DNA from: Raillietiella orientalis
Lineage: Eukaryota
DNA length: 64,000 bases
NCBI GenBank assembly: GCA_036172245.1
Contig: JAYWIR010000028.1
Coordinates: 2,542,001 to 2,606,000 of the forward strand
Direction of reading: 5' to 3'
In this document: in pieces, positions 1 through 13,163 of the stretch
Layout of the letters: the number at the start of each line of letters is the position of its first letter
Position numbering within the stretch: position 1 is the first letter of the stretch
Program-made: the position numbers and the translations under genes
Notes under the pieces: generated by a model
Databases searched by the model: none
What the model was told of the DNA's origin: nothing
Seen by the model: only the letters and a program-made list of their open reading frames with translations

Positions 1-3000
1 TTCCGTGATGAAGGAGGCGTTGGTCGTTAGTCGCCCAGCAGCAAGCGAGGAGGGTTCTCGAGAGATCTGTCTCGCACGCGCAGGAAGAGTTCGGGCGGAT
101 TTCACTTCCCGAACGCTTCGTGCGTTCGGATTCCTGGTAATCCTTCGAGAGGGATTCCAGGCCTCATATGCATCCTCCCCTGTTCCCCATTCCTCAACAA
201 CGCTGTTCTTTGAGAGCAACACATCCCTGTCTTACGCGCAGCCTTTCCACCGAATGGTCCATGGGTCTGTGGGAGATTCCCAACACGAGATCTGTCCCGA
301 TGAGCACATTTCGTGTTCCTCTTGCCGATTTCCTTTTTCCCATACTTCAGGAGGATGCATAGACTGGATGCAATATAGCCCGGCGGTACTGACTGGCTTC
401 TGCCTTTGGAAGCAAGCAGCTCTGGAAAGGAAGAGAACGGAAAGAAAGATGGGTGATTCCCTTGCATTTTCTTCTTCCATCAGCTTCTTCTCGGCACTCC
501 GAAGCGTGGATTCTGGAAAAAGAAAGATTTGGTCCTTTACGAGGTCTGAGAACATCTCAAAGTTCCACTCTTTGTTTTCCAGATGCTGCCTGGAACGAGG
601 CCCGTGCTCGAAGGCGTCTCTTTCTACACCCTTGACAACAAGGGAAACCTTCCAGAAAGTTTCCGAGTGGAACTCGTGAACGCTGCGGCGCACAGCCACT
701 CTGGAACCAAATGCAGGGGAAAAACCTTTTTTAAAAGACGAGGGAGAGAAAGGGGAAATTCCTTGCGCCTATGTATCGAGTGGCTTCCAGTTGATCCTTA
801 CGTCCACTTCCGATTCATTCTCGCACAAGACCCAAGGATGCTCGAACCTTGGTGATTTCGCCACCTTTCCCTCTGGCACAGGTTCTGGCAGCAGCTTTTT
901 CCCCTCTCACTTCTGTGGGAGCATTTCATGTTTCTTCCCTCACCAAAGAAATTCTGTTTCACTTCGGTCCAGAGTTCGTTTCCTGACTTCGCATCTGGAT
1001 ACGCGATTCTGCGAAAAGTTCCCGAAACAAGCTCTGAGTCCCCCTACCCCCACATTAGACTACGGAGCTTCCGTCCTCTTCCCTTCTGCTCTGAAGAAGA
1101 GAAAAGAAGAGATAAGGTCCCTGCTTTTATGGCTTAGACTCTCGAAGACTTTGGATCCCTCTGCTCGAATCTTCGGAGCCAGACTTTTGGGGTCTGGGAG
1201 AGAGCGAGATTCTTTGCACCTACTCTTTTGATGACCTTGGTCTTCCTTGCATCTTACGATCATTATTGATTCTCACTTATTCTCCTATCTCCTCGTGTGA
1301 CATCGTGTCAATCCTCCTTAGCTTTCTGCGATTTCTCTTGCCACATTGCTACACCCAAATTATAGAGAAATTATTATCGAGAAACTGGGATTTTGGAATG
1401 AATGCTACTGTGACGCTCTGATGCGAACGGTCAGTTTCCCTGAGACTGGTTTCCGGGCTCAATTCCCCAACAACTGTATTATCCTCTATTGAGCTGAAGA
1501 AGATCATGGCTTAAAGAGCTGGAGAGTCGTTTTCCATCCCGCTCAAATGCATTCCTTCAGAGTAATGCGGTCGCATCAGTGCAAACCACACAGGGCTGAA
1601 GGAAGAGCAACAGGACATGATTCCACGACCCCAATCTCCACATCTTGGAGCAGAAGTGAGGAAGGAGATCGGCGGCATTCACCGCCGGTTCTGAGAATAG
1701 GAACGGCAAAACTGCATACCCCTGTCCCCGCCCTCCCCCCCAATTTATTCATTTATTGTCCCCTCCCCCCCCCTCCCGTTCCGAACTATCATTGTGCCCG
1801 GCCTGCATGCCGGGAACCCTACTCCCCATCTTCTGTTCCCCTTACCTGGGAACACAGTTCCCAGAAGATATTATTGATAAACGTCCCGGCGCAACCGGGT
1901 AATAAACGACCCCAATCTCACTAGCCAGGGTTAGCTGGATTGGTCATCCCTCAGCGTGCGGAGTCAAAGACCTCCGAGCCTCTTCTGGTTCTTGACAGCT
2001 GCATTTCAGGATACAGCCGAAGACCTCAGTGCTCTCACTACTGCACCATTCCAGTTTCGTGGTGAACATGAAGCATTTTTCATGTCAATGGGGGGAAAAT
2101 CCATGGTTCCCAAAAGCATTCCTTCCTTTCATGTTTATCTCCTTAAACTATTTGCTAAGGCGTTCTCGATAAGAGGAGATGAAGATTTCTCTTGCAGGGA
2201 AAGCTGGAAAATGCATCTATCCGAGAAGACTAGCAGCACAGTTTCTTCTACTCCTATCAGTGCGGCTGTCAAGGTTCCTTGTGATGGCAACATGCAATTA
2301 CTGAGGAGACAATACATGTCCAGATGTCTTTGCTCATCTTGCAATTACCCTGTGGTAGTAGGACCGAGTACCCTCACCCAATTCCGAGGAAGCTCTTCTG
2401 AGGGTCTGCGACGGCATTCTTTGCCGAAAGCACTCTTTTTGGGATGACTGATGCACTCGCTGGATCTCATGGTCTTACTCTGCGCTGCCCTCCTCTGCCC
2501 TTCCTCTGGAGCCAGCCACTGAATTCTCGAAGAGGTAAGCGACGCTCATGATGACGATTGGCCCTTTGCGCTGGGTCACAAATCTAGTCGAAGCGTGGAG
2601 TCCATCCCAGGGATACACTAGTTGGAGTTCAATATTTCTGACCAGCTCTCTCGGCTCAGGTCACCAGTTCATCGTGTTTTCGGGTAGCCGGACCCAAGTC
2701 GCTGATGCGACCATCGAGGACGTGTTCGAGGCACGCTCTCGAAGAAACTCTTTTCGCACTGCACCCCCCTTACACATCTGGTCCATACCATCCGATTGAA
2801 GGAACATCTGTAAGTACTGTAGGCTGGCCTCCACTTTTCCAAAGTACCTGCGCTAGCTACGAGTGATAGTCGTGGTATTTTCGTTCCCAAAAGAAAGAGA
2901 AGAAAGATCCTGAGCTGTCAGAGGAGTTTAAAGAGGAAGAAACGATGTGATCGAGGACTTTGGACACGTGCTGGAGGCATCTTTCAGCGCACTTCTCAAA

Positions 3001-4100
3001 AGGAAGACATGGAAAGGAGCGGGGTGGCAGGTTAGGAAGAGCATAGCGGCCAACTGCAGCGAAAGAGGCTCGAGGACGATGTCCGATTCCTCAAGAAGTA
3101 CCTGATGACGGAGAGGACAGGTTGATTGTGAGCGATTGGAAAGTCCTCCTCGTCTATCATCTCGTTCCCAAGATTATTTGAATCGGAAATTTTTCCTTGA
3201 GCTGCAACTAGAGGGGGCGTCCCTCTGGACCGAATCTGAAGTCAGATCCCGCTGGGATACCTCAGAGGAAAGATCCTCTTGATGCTGCTGCTTTTCGGTT
3301 TGCGAAGCTGGAACGAAACTGGATAAGGCTTTTGCTTCAGGAATGGAACCGTTCCTAACCAGAGATGGCTGAGGATCCAAGTGAGGGGCCTCCTTCTGCC
3401 GACTAGACTGCTAATCTCGTTCCCAGTTCCTCCAGAAACTGCACGTGCTGACAGAGCCTGTGCGCAACGGATCTACCCTGTCTGTTTCGAGAGGCGGGGT
3501 GCTGACGAGATGACTGCCGGGAAAAATCCTACAACTGTCGTCAGGGCGATCCCCGTTTGCTGGCAGAAGAGGGACTCGGAGGACTTCCTAGTTGGAAGAC
3601 CTGAGCATGCTACTGACCGACTCACTCTTCTGGAAGGAAGGCGTCTCCAGGAAGCCGCTGCAGCGGAGGTGGTCTCTCTTTCCACTCCATTAGGTTGCCA
3701 GGTCTGGAGCTCACGAGACTATCCTGGCTCTCTGTCCTTCGAACCCCCTTCATCCTTTTCTCCCTTGCTGCTCGCAAGCGCCGCTTCACCCTTTGCTTCA
3801 GAGGGTGCGGCAGAGGAGATATTCCGAGACAAGGTGAGCGCCTCCATCTTTCTCTCCAGCTTGGACCTCCTTGCTCAAGGAGGACTTTCTAACCGCTCAA
3901 GAGCCGCACTGCTCTCGGACTGACGGAAAAGTATGCAGAAGGGATTCCCAAACCTCTTCATGGGACTGTTCCAGGTGTCATTCGGTCTGGAGCTGAGTGT
4001 GGAGCTCTCTTCCCCCTTCCAACCCCCAGTATCTCTAGCAGGAGCGATCTGCCGGAGGCACCCACGGGCTGTCCAGCAGTCTCACAACCGGCGGAGACCG
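1..4100 (-). mobile_element. Decayed Ty3/Gypsy LTR-retrotransposon internal region (gag-RT/RNaseH-integrase remnants), interrupted at ~1690-1913 by a LINE 3' end
   Basis: Minus-strand motifs in Gypsy order: FCQQTG (knuckle-like, ~3560); RNaseH-like TLTAALIGVEETVLLVF (ORF 2135-2344); integrase-like EHGPRSRQHLENKEWNFE...FPEST..SAEKKLM (ORF 232-699; cf. SDNGPQF..FAKEWNF..YPQSNG). Many stops and frameshifts; no LTR found; boundaries approximate. Confidence 0.5.
1690..1913 (+). mobile_element. 3' end fragment (3' UTR only) of the Tx1/L1-like LINE family
   Basis: C/T-rich tract followed by GATAAACGTCCCGGCGCAACCGGGT (1876-1900), matching the terminal motif of the LINE at 16710-16735. Confidence 0.6.
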
Positions 4101-4199
4101 AAAGGCGTCATCCTAGACACAGGACAAGGGAGAGCATGGCAGTAGGGATGAGAAGAGGAGCGAACCGCCGACGACTTCCGTGCGCGCACGAGTAGGGAA

Positions 4200-7100
4200 C
4201 GTCATTCCCGGCGCGTGCACGGCCGGGAAGAGTCAATTTCCCCTCCTTCCCCTTCATCCCGGGTCCCTTCCATTTGCCTTTGGTTTCGTGCGCCTGCTCG
4301 GATCGAATCTCCTCGAAAAGGGAGAGCGCTGGTTCTCTAGAGGAATTCCGGGAAGCAGCTGAGCGTGTCGAGGATACTCCGCATTCTGCTACTTCCCGTT
4401 TCCGTTTTTCTCTCCTCCCCCTTTTCGTCGTCGTTTTCCTCTTCCCTCCCTTCCTCTCCTCCCTTCACGACTCAGACCTGGAACGCCACCGCCGCATCCC
4501 CTTGGGACTTTCCCCACCGCGTGAGTCGACGGGTAGCCAGGATCGCAGGAGGTACACTGCCTCACCCCCTGCGAGCCCTCCGATTCTGTGGAAATCGGCG
4601 TGAACGCAGAAGGAGGAGGAGGAGGCACCTCCTGTGGTCTCGGGAGCGTTCTTTCCCTTTCTCTTCCGAATGGGCGCTTCCCCTCCTTCCCTGGCGTTCC
4701 TGTTTCCCCGACTCTCAGCCTCCCAAAGTCCCGTCCTCTCCTGAAAGAAGAGCTCACACTCCACCGGCAGCGGCGGCACGCGCGCCTTCCATCCAGCCAC
4801 CCGGGATGCTGCGGCGAGGGATTAGGAGGTGGAGGAGGGGGAGAAGGGAGGGAGAGGAGCGATTTCTCCGCCACCGGGAGTCGCGGACTTTATCCCTCTC
4901 TTCCATTTTCTCCCTCTCTCCCTTTCCCCGCTCTCCCCTCTCCTGAACTGGATTCGCGTGCGAGAGGACGCCTACCTGAAGCTCGAATAATGCTATGCTC
5001 GGGCATTCGATCTGGAACATCTGCCGCTATCTCGCCGAGGCAGGATGCGGGAGAGCGATCCCGTCCCTGTCGGGAGTGGGTGCCGACGCTGCATCCCCGG
5101 ACAAGGTTGGGGCCATCCCCTTGGGGAAGGCGGGCGGCGGTTGCGAATGCCGCGCGAAGAGGGCGCTGAACAGCAGCCTTAGAGGTGCCACTCGTAGGCG
5201 TAAAGAAGCGAGGAAGAGGGGGGGAAACGCAGGAGGAAGGGATCGGGAAACAGCGGGGGAGAGGGCAGGCCGGGTCCGACTCCCCGAGATCGGCTCTCTC
5301 GACGGAATACTTCCAGATAATCAGGAGGGAGGACGTCCCCATTCCGGGCACGCACACATCCGAAGACTCCGTAGTCCTCCCGAAACCCCCGTAGGTGCCG
5401 CTTCTCAGACTGCGCAGCAGCGGGATGATCGACGGCACGCAGGAGACGTTCGCCAAGTGAACGACTGGGACGACACGTACATGCGGGAATGGGTCGGTCG
5501 GGAGAGAGGGAGGCGTCCGGGGGCCCCGAAGGAACGCGCGTGAGAGAGCGCGTTTTACCCTCTCCCCCCTTACCTCGAGACGCAAGCGTGGTCTCCTCCT
5601 CCTCCTCCGAGAACCTCCCTTATCTTCCGGAGAAGATGAGCCGCTTGCGCGCAAGGCCTTCTCATCCCTCGTTTGCATAGCAACGCAGCTACCGCGTCCT
5701 GTTCCCCCCCCCCCTCCTTTCTTCTCTGCGGACTGGAGGAGCAACGAAACTCGAGAGGAGAGCGCGGGAAGAGGCCGAGGCCTTAGAATCTAAGATGCTG
5801 GCCAAAAAAGCGTCTCCTGGTGTCATCCAAGGATTCTGGGATCGCTCGCTTTCCTCTGGGATGCATCCGCTCATTGCCTTCCCAGGAGCATCCTTCCCCG
5901 TCTCTCTATAGACAGCCTCTCTGGAGCCGGAACGCAAAGGTAAGCCACAGACCTCCTCGAGAGGTCATCTGGACTTCTCCCGAGACGTCCCCGCAAGATC
6001 TACGCTGGGCTGGAGGCAAAGATCGCCACGATCGCACCACACCCCTTTTGTCCCCCTCCTCAGCTCCGCTTCAAGCGACCGAGAGGAGCCAGGGATCAAC
6101 CGGGTCGGAGGCTGGGAAGCAAAGCGTCCAGCCTTCTCGCCATAGGGGCCACATCGCTCTCTTTAGCACGCGAATGAAAGGAAACGCCAGGGGGTGAGAA
6201 AGAAAGAGCCCTTCGTTCCCGGAAGGGAGGCTTGCGAAGGAAGAGACCAGGATCGGTTGCTGCGCAACAGATCCTGGTCCAGCCTTTCCCTTCCTTCTCC
6301 CACCTTTCGTCCTCACCGGCCGTCCGAGGCGTCCAGGAGCGGTGAGTCGGTTAATCCGGGAATCTATTCGAAGGACGCCTGCGGCGGGATGCGGGAAGGA
6401 GGGGGAGGGAGGTCAGGGCGAGGATCCGTAGAGTCTCTCTCTTCCCCCTTTCCGGAGGAGGTTGGGACACGCCGAATCCTCCTCCTGCTCAGACACCGGC
6501 GGGTCTCCGAAGATCCGCCGGGAGTCTCGCTGTGGCCCTTCCCCGAGAGGAGAGACAAATGGGGTAGGGGAACCGAAGGGGGGAGGGGGAGGTAGCGATC
6601 GATGCGACGGAGGACGCTTCGCCGGGGGCGAGCGGTGCTTCCGCTGCCGACCTCGAGAAGGGATTTAACCCTCCTTTCTCTCCTCCCCTCGTAGCATCCG
6701 GAGGCCAGGCCGGCTGATTCGGTCCTCTGGCAGAGGCCTTGAAGGGGGAAGACGGTGAGAGGGAAGAGAATCCCTTGCGAAGGTCACATTCGGGAAGGTC
6801 GCGCTTCCTGGGGTCACGCCCAGCAGGAAAGGAAAAGCAAATCCCATGGCAAAGCGCAAGCCTCGTCAGGGCCACAAAAATCTTATCCCAGGAAAATATT
6901 CGTCCTTTCCTCCTCCTTCTCGATTTCCACCCGCCCCCAACCTCCCTCACCCACGATTCCCCTTCCAAGTTGTCTCTCCACCCAGAAGAGCTCACGCAGC
7001 CCCGTCCTTCCTATGCTCGGGAGACGGCCAGCGCGATGCTGCTGCTGCTACTTGGAAGAGATCCTTCGTCTGGATGACACTCTCGAGAGATGTGGTGCCT

Positions 7101-8100
7101 TCTCTCGGAGGATGACATTCCGTTGGTTTGCGTACGGCCTTTTCGCTCGCCTGCTACCCCTTTCAGGTGGCTTCAGACGGATTTTCCTCCCAAGCTTCTC
7201 ATGGATTTTCTCTCTCCCGCAGGGAAAGGCCAAAACCTTAAGCATTCCCAACCAGAACCCCCCCCCCCCCTTCCCCAAAGAAAAAGCTGGACTCTTTTTC
7301 CGCCTCCGTAATCAACCCTACGGCTTGCCGTCTTCTGTGATCCTGGCGTCACGAGGAGGTCGGGTCCTGCGCAAAGACACAAAACGAACGTTGCTAAGAA
7401 AAGATGAGGGGCCAAGGATGTCAAGAGGTCTTGGGTCTGACCTCCTCTGTCTCGGAGAGGATTCTCCCTCGAGAGCTCCTTCAGACGTCGGCAAACGGGC
7501 GTTTTCGCACCGAATGCTCTCGAGGTACCTGAGGGAACCTCTGGCAAGGAAAAACCCCTCGGGCTCTTTGCGTACGCCGCTGGCCCAAGCACGCCGCACA
7601 GCCGATCTGCGAATCTCAGCATCGTCTAGAGGAGGACGCGCTCGTGCTTCGAAGTGGAGCCGGAGGCAAGGACTTACGCGAACAAGCTTGCGGGCATATT
7701 CTCCCTTGCACTCTTGTCCTTCCCTGGGACTCCCAGGATCCGCCGAGACGCTTTTCCGAAGTCCGCCTGAATCCGATTCTCTCCTTTGACCTTCTACCAC
7801 TCCACTTTCTTCCTCTTTCCTTTTTTGGTTCTTTCCCAGGGTCCTGGAGCGAATCTGCCCAGGGCTCTTCCGAGAGAGAAATGGTGTTGCTCTGGACGCC
7901 TTCCCTCGCATCTTTCTTAGCTTCTCAGCTTCTTCTTGTCTCAGCAAGACTCCTCCTTTCCTTCTTCAGAGGAAGAGCGCTCCCCCTCCCTCCCTTTCTC
8001 TCTCTCTCCTGTCCCGCCTCCTCCATGGTAGCAGCAGTCTCTCTCTGCCTCCGCGCTAGGGTCCGGTCAGCACGGAGCGGTGCTGTCCTCACCGGATTTC
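4200..8100 (-). mobile_element. Decayed GC-rich Ty3/Gypsy pol (PR-RT-RH-IN order)
   Basis: Minus-strand remnants in the correct order: DSG (~7770, protease); IRLKP..KRPY (~7150); DLRKGF (~6775); RPGLR (PFGL-like); LCFPASDPVDPWLL (~6110); RSLPPAQRR (~6010, RNaseH); GTYGGFGRTT..VPGM (~5370, integrase Zn-binding); SPQHPG (~4810); KWKGPG (~4265). Confidence 0.6.
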
Positions 8101-8599
8101 CTCCCCGCCCAATACTACTGCTACTTTGAAGCACAGTGCCCCAAACCATGGAGACGGAGAGAGGACGGAGGGGGAGACTGCGCGATCTACAGCCTTGCTC
8201 TGCGAGCGTAGGAAGCCGAGTCGACATTCCGGCGATGAGAAGGGATGCTCTAATGCTGCGTTGGAGCGAGCCCGGTGGCCTCTGGATTTCGCGGGCTCGG
8301 TCCAGGGAAGCGGAAGAAACCTCCACTCCTGCCCGTACCGATGGAGGCGATCCGGAGCCACGCCAGCGTGCAGTGCTCGTGACGCAGTGCTCCTCCCGAG
8401 GCGCCTCCCCAGGAAAGCGCAGCTGCGCCACGCTCGCGATCTGCTGGCTGCCACGAGAAACGATCGGCTCCTCCCTCAAGAACCGAAATTTGGGCTCGGA
8501 GAAGAGAGGGAGGGCCGTGCATGTAACTTCGCAGCACGATTCGGAAGGAAGGAATAAGAATGCTGTCTGGAATCGAGGGATCCCTGCGAACGAACAGCG

Positions 8600-9800
8600 A
8601 CTAGGATGGGTGACGTAAGGACTGAGGTGTACAGTAAAAGGTGTACGGTCAACTGAAGCAAGGCAAACCTTGGAGCATCAGAATAAGTGGAAACATCCTC
8701 CGTAAGCAGAATCTGCAATCTTCCTCCAGGAACGTCAGGACCAAGCCGACTTTCTTTGCGGGCTCCACGAAGGATTCCAAAAGCGCGGCCGAGAAGATCA
8801 TAAGTTCCTCCGATGCAAGGTGGGAAACGGATGAGAGAAGGAAGGACATTCCATCCTGGTCGATAGGGTGGGAGCAGGCGTTCAGATGAGTCGGCTCTAT
8901 CCGGGCTGCGAGCTATTGCTAGAGAGCTCAGCGAACCGAACGAAAAGATAGTGGGCGGACAGCCACTCTCTGCTGGATGAAGGTGACATGAACGTTTGAT
9001 CCTAACGAACCGCAAATCACCGGAGAGGGAATGGGTTTCGACCAGTGCATGACCACCTTTAGCCAGAGCACGATTCGATTCGACGTGAGGAAGTGAGAAT
9101 CACACTTGTGGATAAACACTCTAGATCGGGAGAAGATCATATCTGTCGCCGAAGCGTTGTCTCTTTAGTGAAGGATGCTCGAGGTTTGAGGCTGCAGATC
9201 ATCCACGCGCCGAGCGCCACCATGCTGCGCGGGCGAGCGTCCTGCTCCCCCAAGGATGAATGCGGGATATCTGCAGCAGACGTGTGGCAACTAGGAAGAG
9301 GGACTCAAACTCATCTTCAACCGTTGCATCATCAGCTTGAGATGAACTGGTGGCCCAGACCAAGAGGGCTGATCGGAAACACTGACCTTCGGCCGGTGTG
9401 TCTCTGGAGTGAATCCCAGGGACATACCGGTTGTCGAGGGAGATTCCAGTTTTTCGACTGGAATCTGTGCCCCAGTGCGAAGGCCCGCCCTTCATCCGCG
9501 ATCCGCATCTTGCTCCTCCGAACCCAGCGGAGGCTGTGGGAGTGTGAAGACAGAAAGCAGAACAACTTTCGAAGATGGGATCCCTCCTTTCCTACTCCCA
9601 AAGCAATGCCTGTAGCAGTGGGTCCTTGGAGTCATGGAATCGTGCAAATCGTGTGGCGACGGAAGAATCCAAGATCATTAGTCGACAGACGGGGCACATC
9701 AGGGAGGAAATGGCGCGCGCCAACATCAATGCCCTGCCGGGGCATTGATTGGAAGAGTAAGTGGGACCACTGGCTGAGATGAAACAACCCGCCCGAACCA
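8600..9800 (-). mobile_element. Decayed BEL/Pao integrase and C-terminal region
   Basis: NLPRQPVCPWDSLQRHTG (cf. LP..RV.P..PF..TG.D); SLFLVATRLL (cf. LFTCLATRAVH); WSKPIPSPVICG; VRPLS; KVGLVLTFLEED..RRMFPL (cf. GD.VLI.ED..PR..WPL), all collinear across frameshifts. Confidence 0.6.
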
Positions 9801-10859
9801 CAGCCTCGTCCAGAGGATGGAGCGGAGAGGAACAGCCTGACTGCGGTAATGGTGCAGAATTCTTCGCATCATTTGCTGTGCTCCTTCCAGGAAGCATGCT
9901 GCGCATGTGATGGAACACGGATTCAACACGGTGGGAGCCCTTCTTTGCTGTGGGGGATGGACCCCAGGAACAGCCGGTGTTCGGATCTCAGTTCTCCACT
10001 GGTGCGATTCTTAATTCCGGTTTAATGACCGTTGAACATCCCGCTTAATTCCTTGAGACGCTGCAGAGATGCATTAAATCATCGCGTGAAGTCGCTCGGC
10101 GCAGAATCTCACGCCAACACTCGATTCTCGAGTCAGAGGCGTTTTCCCTCGGAAATTGATGCAAATCTGCCTCCTCCCCTCTCTACCCTTCCCATAGAAA
10201 AAGAAAAATGGCTGCCGCGAAGGATTCGTTTTTCGGCTCTCGATCCGCAAGTTGCCTGCTAAGAGTCCGAAGACCTGCTCTTCCACCGAGGTGCCGAACT
10301 TCCCCCCCCCCCAAACAGATCCCTTCCCGGAAGACTCGCAAAAAATTCCGCGCACGGCAGATCGATAAAGCACCCGCCAAACTTCGACGTTCGGGGAATC
10401 TCGGAGCTCGCGCGAGGATGGTGAGGGTCCTTTCCATCAAGCTCTCGTTACCTGGATATTCGCTTTAAAGTCTCAGGGTTATTCGTGCAGCCGAGCGCCG
10501 GCCGGGACGAGCTCTAAATATTCTCCGGTTGTGCGCGCGCGGAAGCGTCTCTTCGGCAGTCTTTCGGAAACACTTTGATCGATTATCGTGAGAGCCTGCA
10601 GCTTCATTTTATTCTGGACTCCTGCGCAGCTTCGCAAGCCTTGCAGCATTGGGAATGGTGTCCTGCTCATCCGGTCGTAGAGAACTCGTTTATGCAGAGT
10701 GGCTCTGCTGGACCGAATTCAGATCTCCAAGAGACTCGTCTGATCATGCATTTGGTCAGTACCACGCTCGTTCCATATGAGCGAATAAATGGAGTCGGCA
10801 GAGGTTGTCCGGTACAGCCATTTTTACTTTTTTTTTTTTCGCGATGTTATTAGGGTAGG

Positions 10860-11610
10860 GCATGAAGGAGGAACACGACCAGGGAGAGAAAGAGGAAGTC
10901 GAAGGGTTGGCATCACGATGGCAGCAATTCTTTGGCAGCGATTCCCATTTTCTGCCATCGTTAAACGAAAGTGGACTGTCGTTCGGAGCGGAACTGTTTG
11001 CATTAGGGTTACTTTGGGGTTCCATTTGCTACCTTTACCATCGGACGAAATACTCGATCACCTCGGAAAGTTTAGGGATCCTTGGGTGCCTCCATCGAAC
11101 GAAGAGACGCAGTTCACGGTCTGTTTAGAATGGTTAAAAACGCTGGAAGTGACCTCTGACGATACCTCGACAAAAGAGGAGCACTCGTCTGTATCCAAGT
11201 TGATCCTTCAGACCTTCGACTAGAAGCCATTCCACGGCGGAGCTTTCTGGGAGCAGCCCGGCCAAGAGTTTTCCGGGAAGCCTTGTGTCTGCATTCGGCT
11301 GCTATTCCAAGAAAGGATCCCTGCAAGTCTGGGACCTGAAGAACGAATAGAGGAACTTGGGACCCCTACACATAGGCAGCAAACTTAAAGGGGATGATGG
11401 GTGAGCTCCTATCCAGAAAACTGGTGCAGCCACTAAGGACACATCTTGGGCCACCGGACAGGACAGACTACTGGAGTGCTTTTGCCACGCTAACGAGATG
11501 GTGGAAGAATTTCAAAAGTTGCTGTCGACACTAAAAGCGAATGACACAGGCATGCAGAACGGGACTGTCTCCTCAATGCTCAATGCTAGGTTGTGGATGC
11601 AGAAATAGGA
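10860..11610 (+). mobile_element. Decayed BEL/Pao RT-RNaseH linker fragment
   Basis: ALGLLW, RTKYSI / KFRDPW (cf. KVLG..W, TKR.ILS..FDPLG), EWLKTL and APIQK remnants. Confidence 0.4.
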
Positions 11611-12199
11611 TGTGATTGACGTACCAAAAATTCGCTACCAACACTGTCCACATGTATGTATGCATGTAGATAGAGACAACGGGGGGGGGGAGGGCTTACA
11701 AATCTTCGAACGTGTGGATTGTTCCCTTAGAAGCCAGAAGGACTTCGGCTGCACGCTGACCAGCAAGCTCTCATGTCTGAAGAAAAATGCATGCGCTGCT
11801 CCGCAGTCGCTCCCTTGCAGCTTCCGGTTTCAAACCGAACAGAGGAGAGAATAAAAAAAATAAAAATAAAAGTGAAGATGAAAATAAAAAGCGCTCTGGA
11901 CACGTGAGCAGTTTCTCCGTTCCGGGTTTTTCAGCATGCTGGGATGATTCATTTGTTTGCTTGTTTGTTTGTTTGAACTTCCTTTGCAAGTTCGCCAAGA
12001 GGGAGTACAAAGAAGGCGATGACCGAAAAGTGGCGCCCAGGCACGATCGAAACCCGGGAGAAACTCTCGAGCTCGAGCTGCAGGGAAAGCCTCCCTATGA
12101 GAACCTAAGTGCGACCCCGATTTTCGGTGGTTCCGACAGCCTCGGTCGTGCACGCTCCGGTCTACCAGCAGCACGCCGAGCCTGCAAGAGAGAAAATCA

Positions 12200-13150
12200 A
12201 AAGGAAACAGAATAGATGGTCTCTGCGGGTGGATGGCATCTTTAGCCAAAGGTAAGAAGGAGTGCCTGCGAATTGGCGTACTGGAGTGCTGCTGCGATTG
12301 CCTCGATCGTTGCTCCCCGATTGCGTGATAAGTGCATTCCAGGAGCCACGATGGCACTCCCACCTGCTCTCAGTAGCGGCAGTGCTCTCCTGCCGTAAAA
12401 CGGAAAGCTTTTATTGGCTTCAAGATGAAAACCGAGCTGAAGATTGCCACCCAATTTCACTTGCCGAGTGGGTGCGTTTATTCCTCGCGCTTCGGAAACT
12501 CGAATATCGGGATCATCTCTAGACACCATTCGACGGGAAGAGAGCACTAGAAGCAGTGGGAAAGTCACGCAACCTCTCTGACTTCTTGATGCGTAGGCAG
12601 CAAGTAGACGGGCTCCTCGCTGCCTGGCCTTCCTCCTCGGACCGTGAATCGCAAGGGAGATCAAAACGCCTCCTTCTCATGAGCTGTCGGAGGACTCTGT
12701 CGCCTCCTGAATAATCTGCATTGCTGATGATCACGAGGATTCATCGATCCATTTTTTTGCGCCCACGCGCTGGATGTTTGAACGGGATCCGGCTGTCCTC
12801 GGTCGCTCGAGATCCCGGTGGTGGTAGAAATTCAGTCGAGGACGGAAGCCGCATTCTTCTCCAAGCATCGAAAAAATCGGAATCCTGAAAAACCCTCGTC
12901 CTGCTGTTGCTGTTGTGGCTGTCGTTGTCGCTGTTTTCGTTCCTGTATTCCTCTGAGACAATCCACTTGCGCCAGCAGCTTCCGAAGCTCGGGGATGAAG
13001 CAGGATCTCCGTTAGAGCAAGGGGCAAACCCTGACGGTGCTTTAGGATCTTCCCAACACTTGTCGAAGTAGCTCAGATCTCCCATGCGCAGAGACATCGA
13101 GCACTTTCTTCGCCAGACGACAAAGAACTATCATCATCCCTATGAATACA
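12200..13150 (-). mobile_element. Possible decayed Gypsy gag/start-of-RT fragment
   Basis: FHLEANKSFPFYGRRALPLL and GATIEAIAAALQYA resemble the N-terminus of Gypsy RT; weak. Confidence 0.3.
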
Positions 13151-13163
13151 GGAAGGCTCTGAG

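Noticed and set aside
6755..7789. Long ORFs in the supplied track (e.g. 344 aa here, 260 aa at 56546, 240 aa at 25372)
   Set aside because: Low-complexity R/S/P/G-rich translations, mostly antisense to TE relics in GC-rich DNA; no domain signal.
12031..12050. Primer-binding-site-like TGGCGCCCA
   Set aside because: Short match only, not preceded by an LTR ending in CA, and no downstream plus-strand gag.
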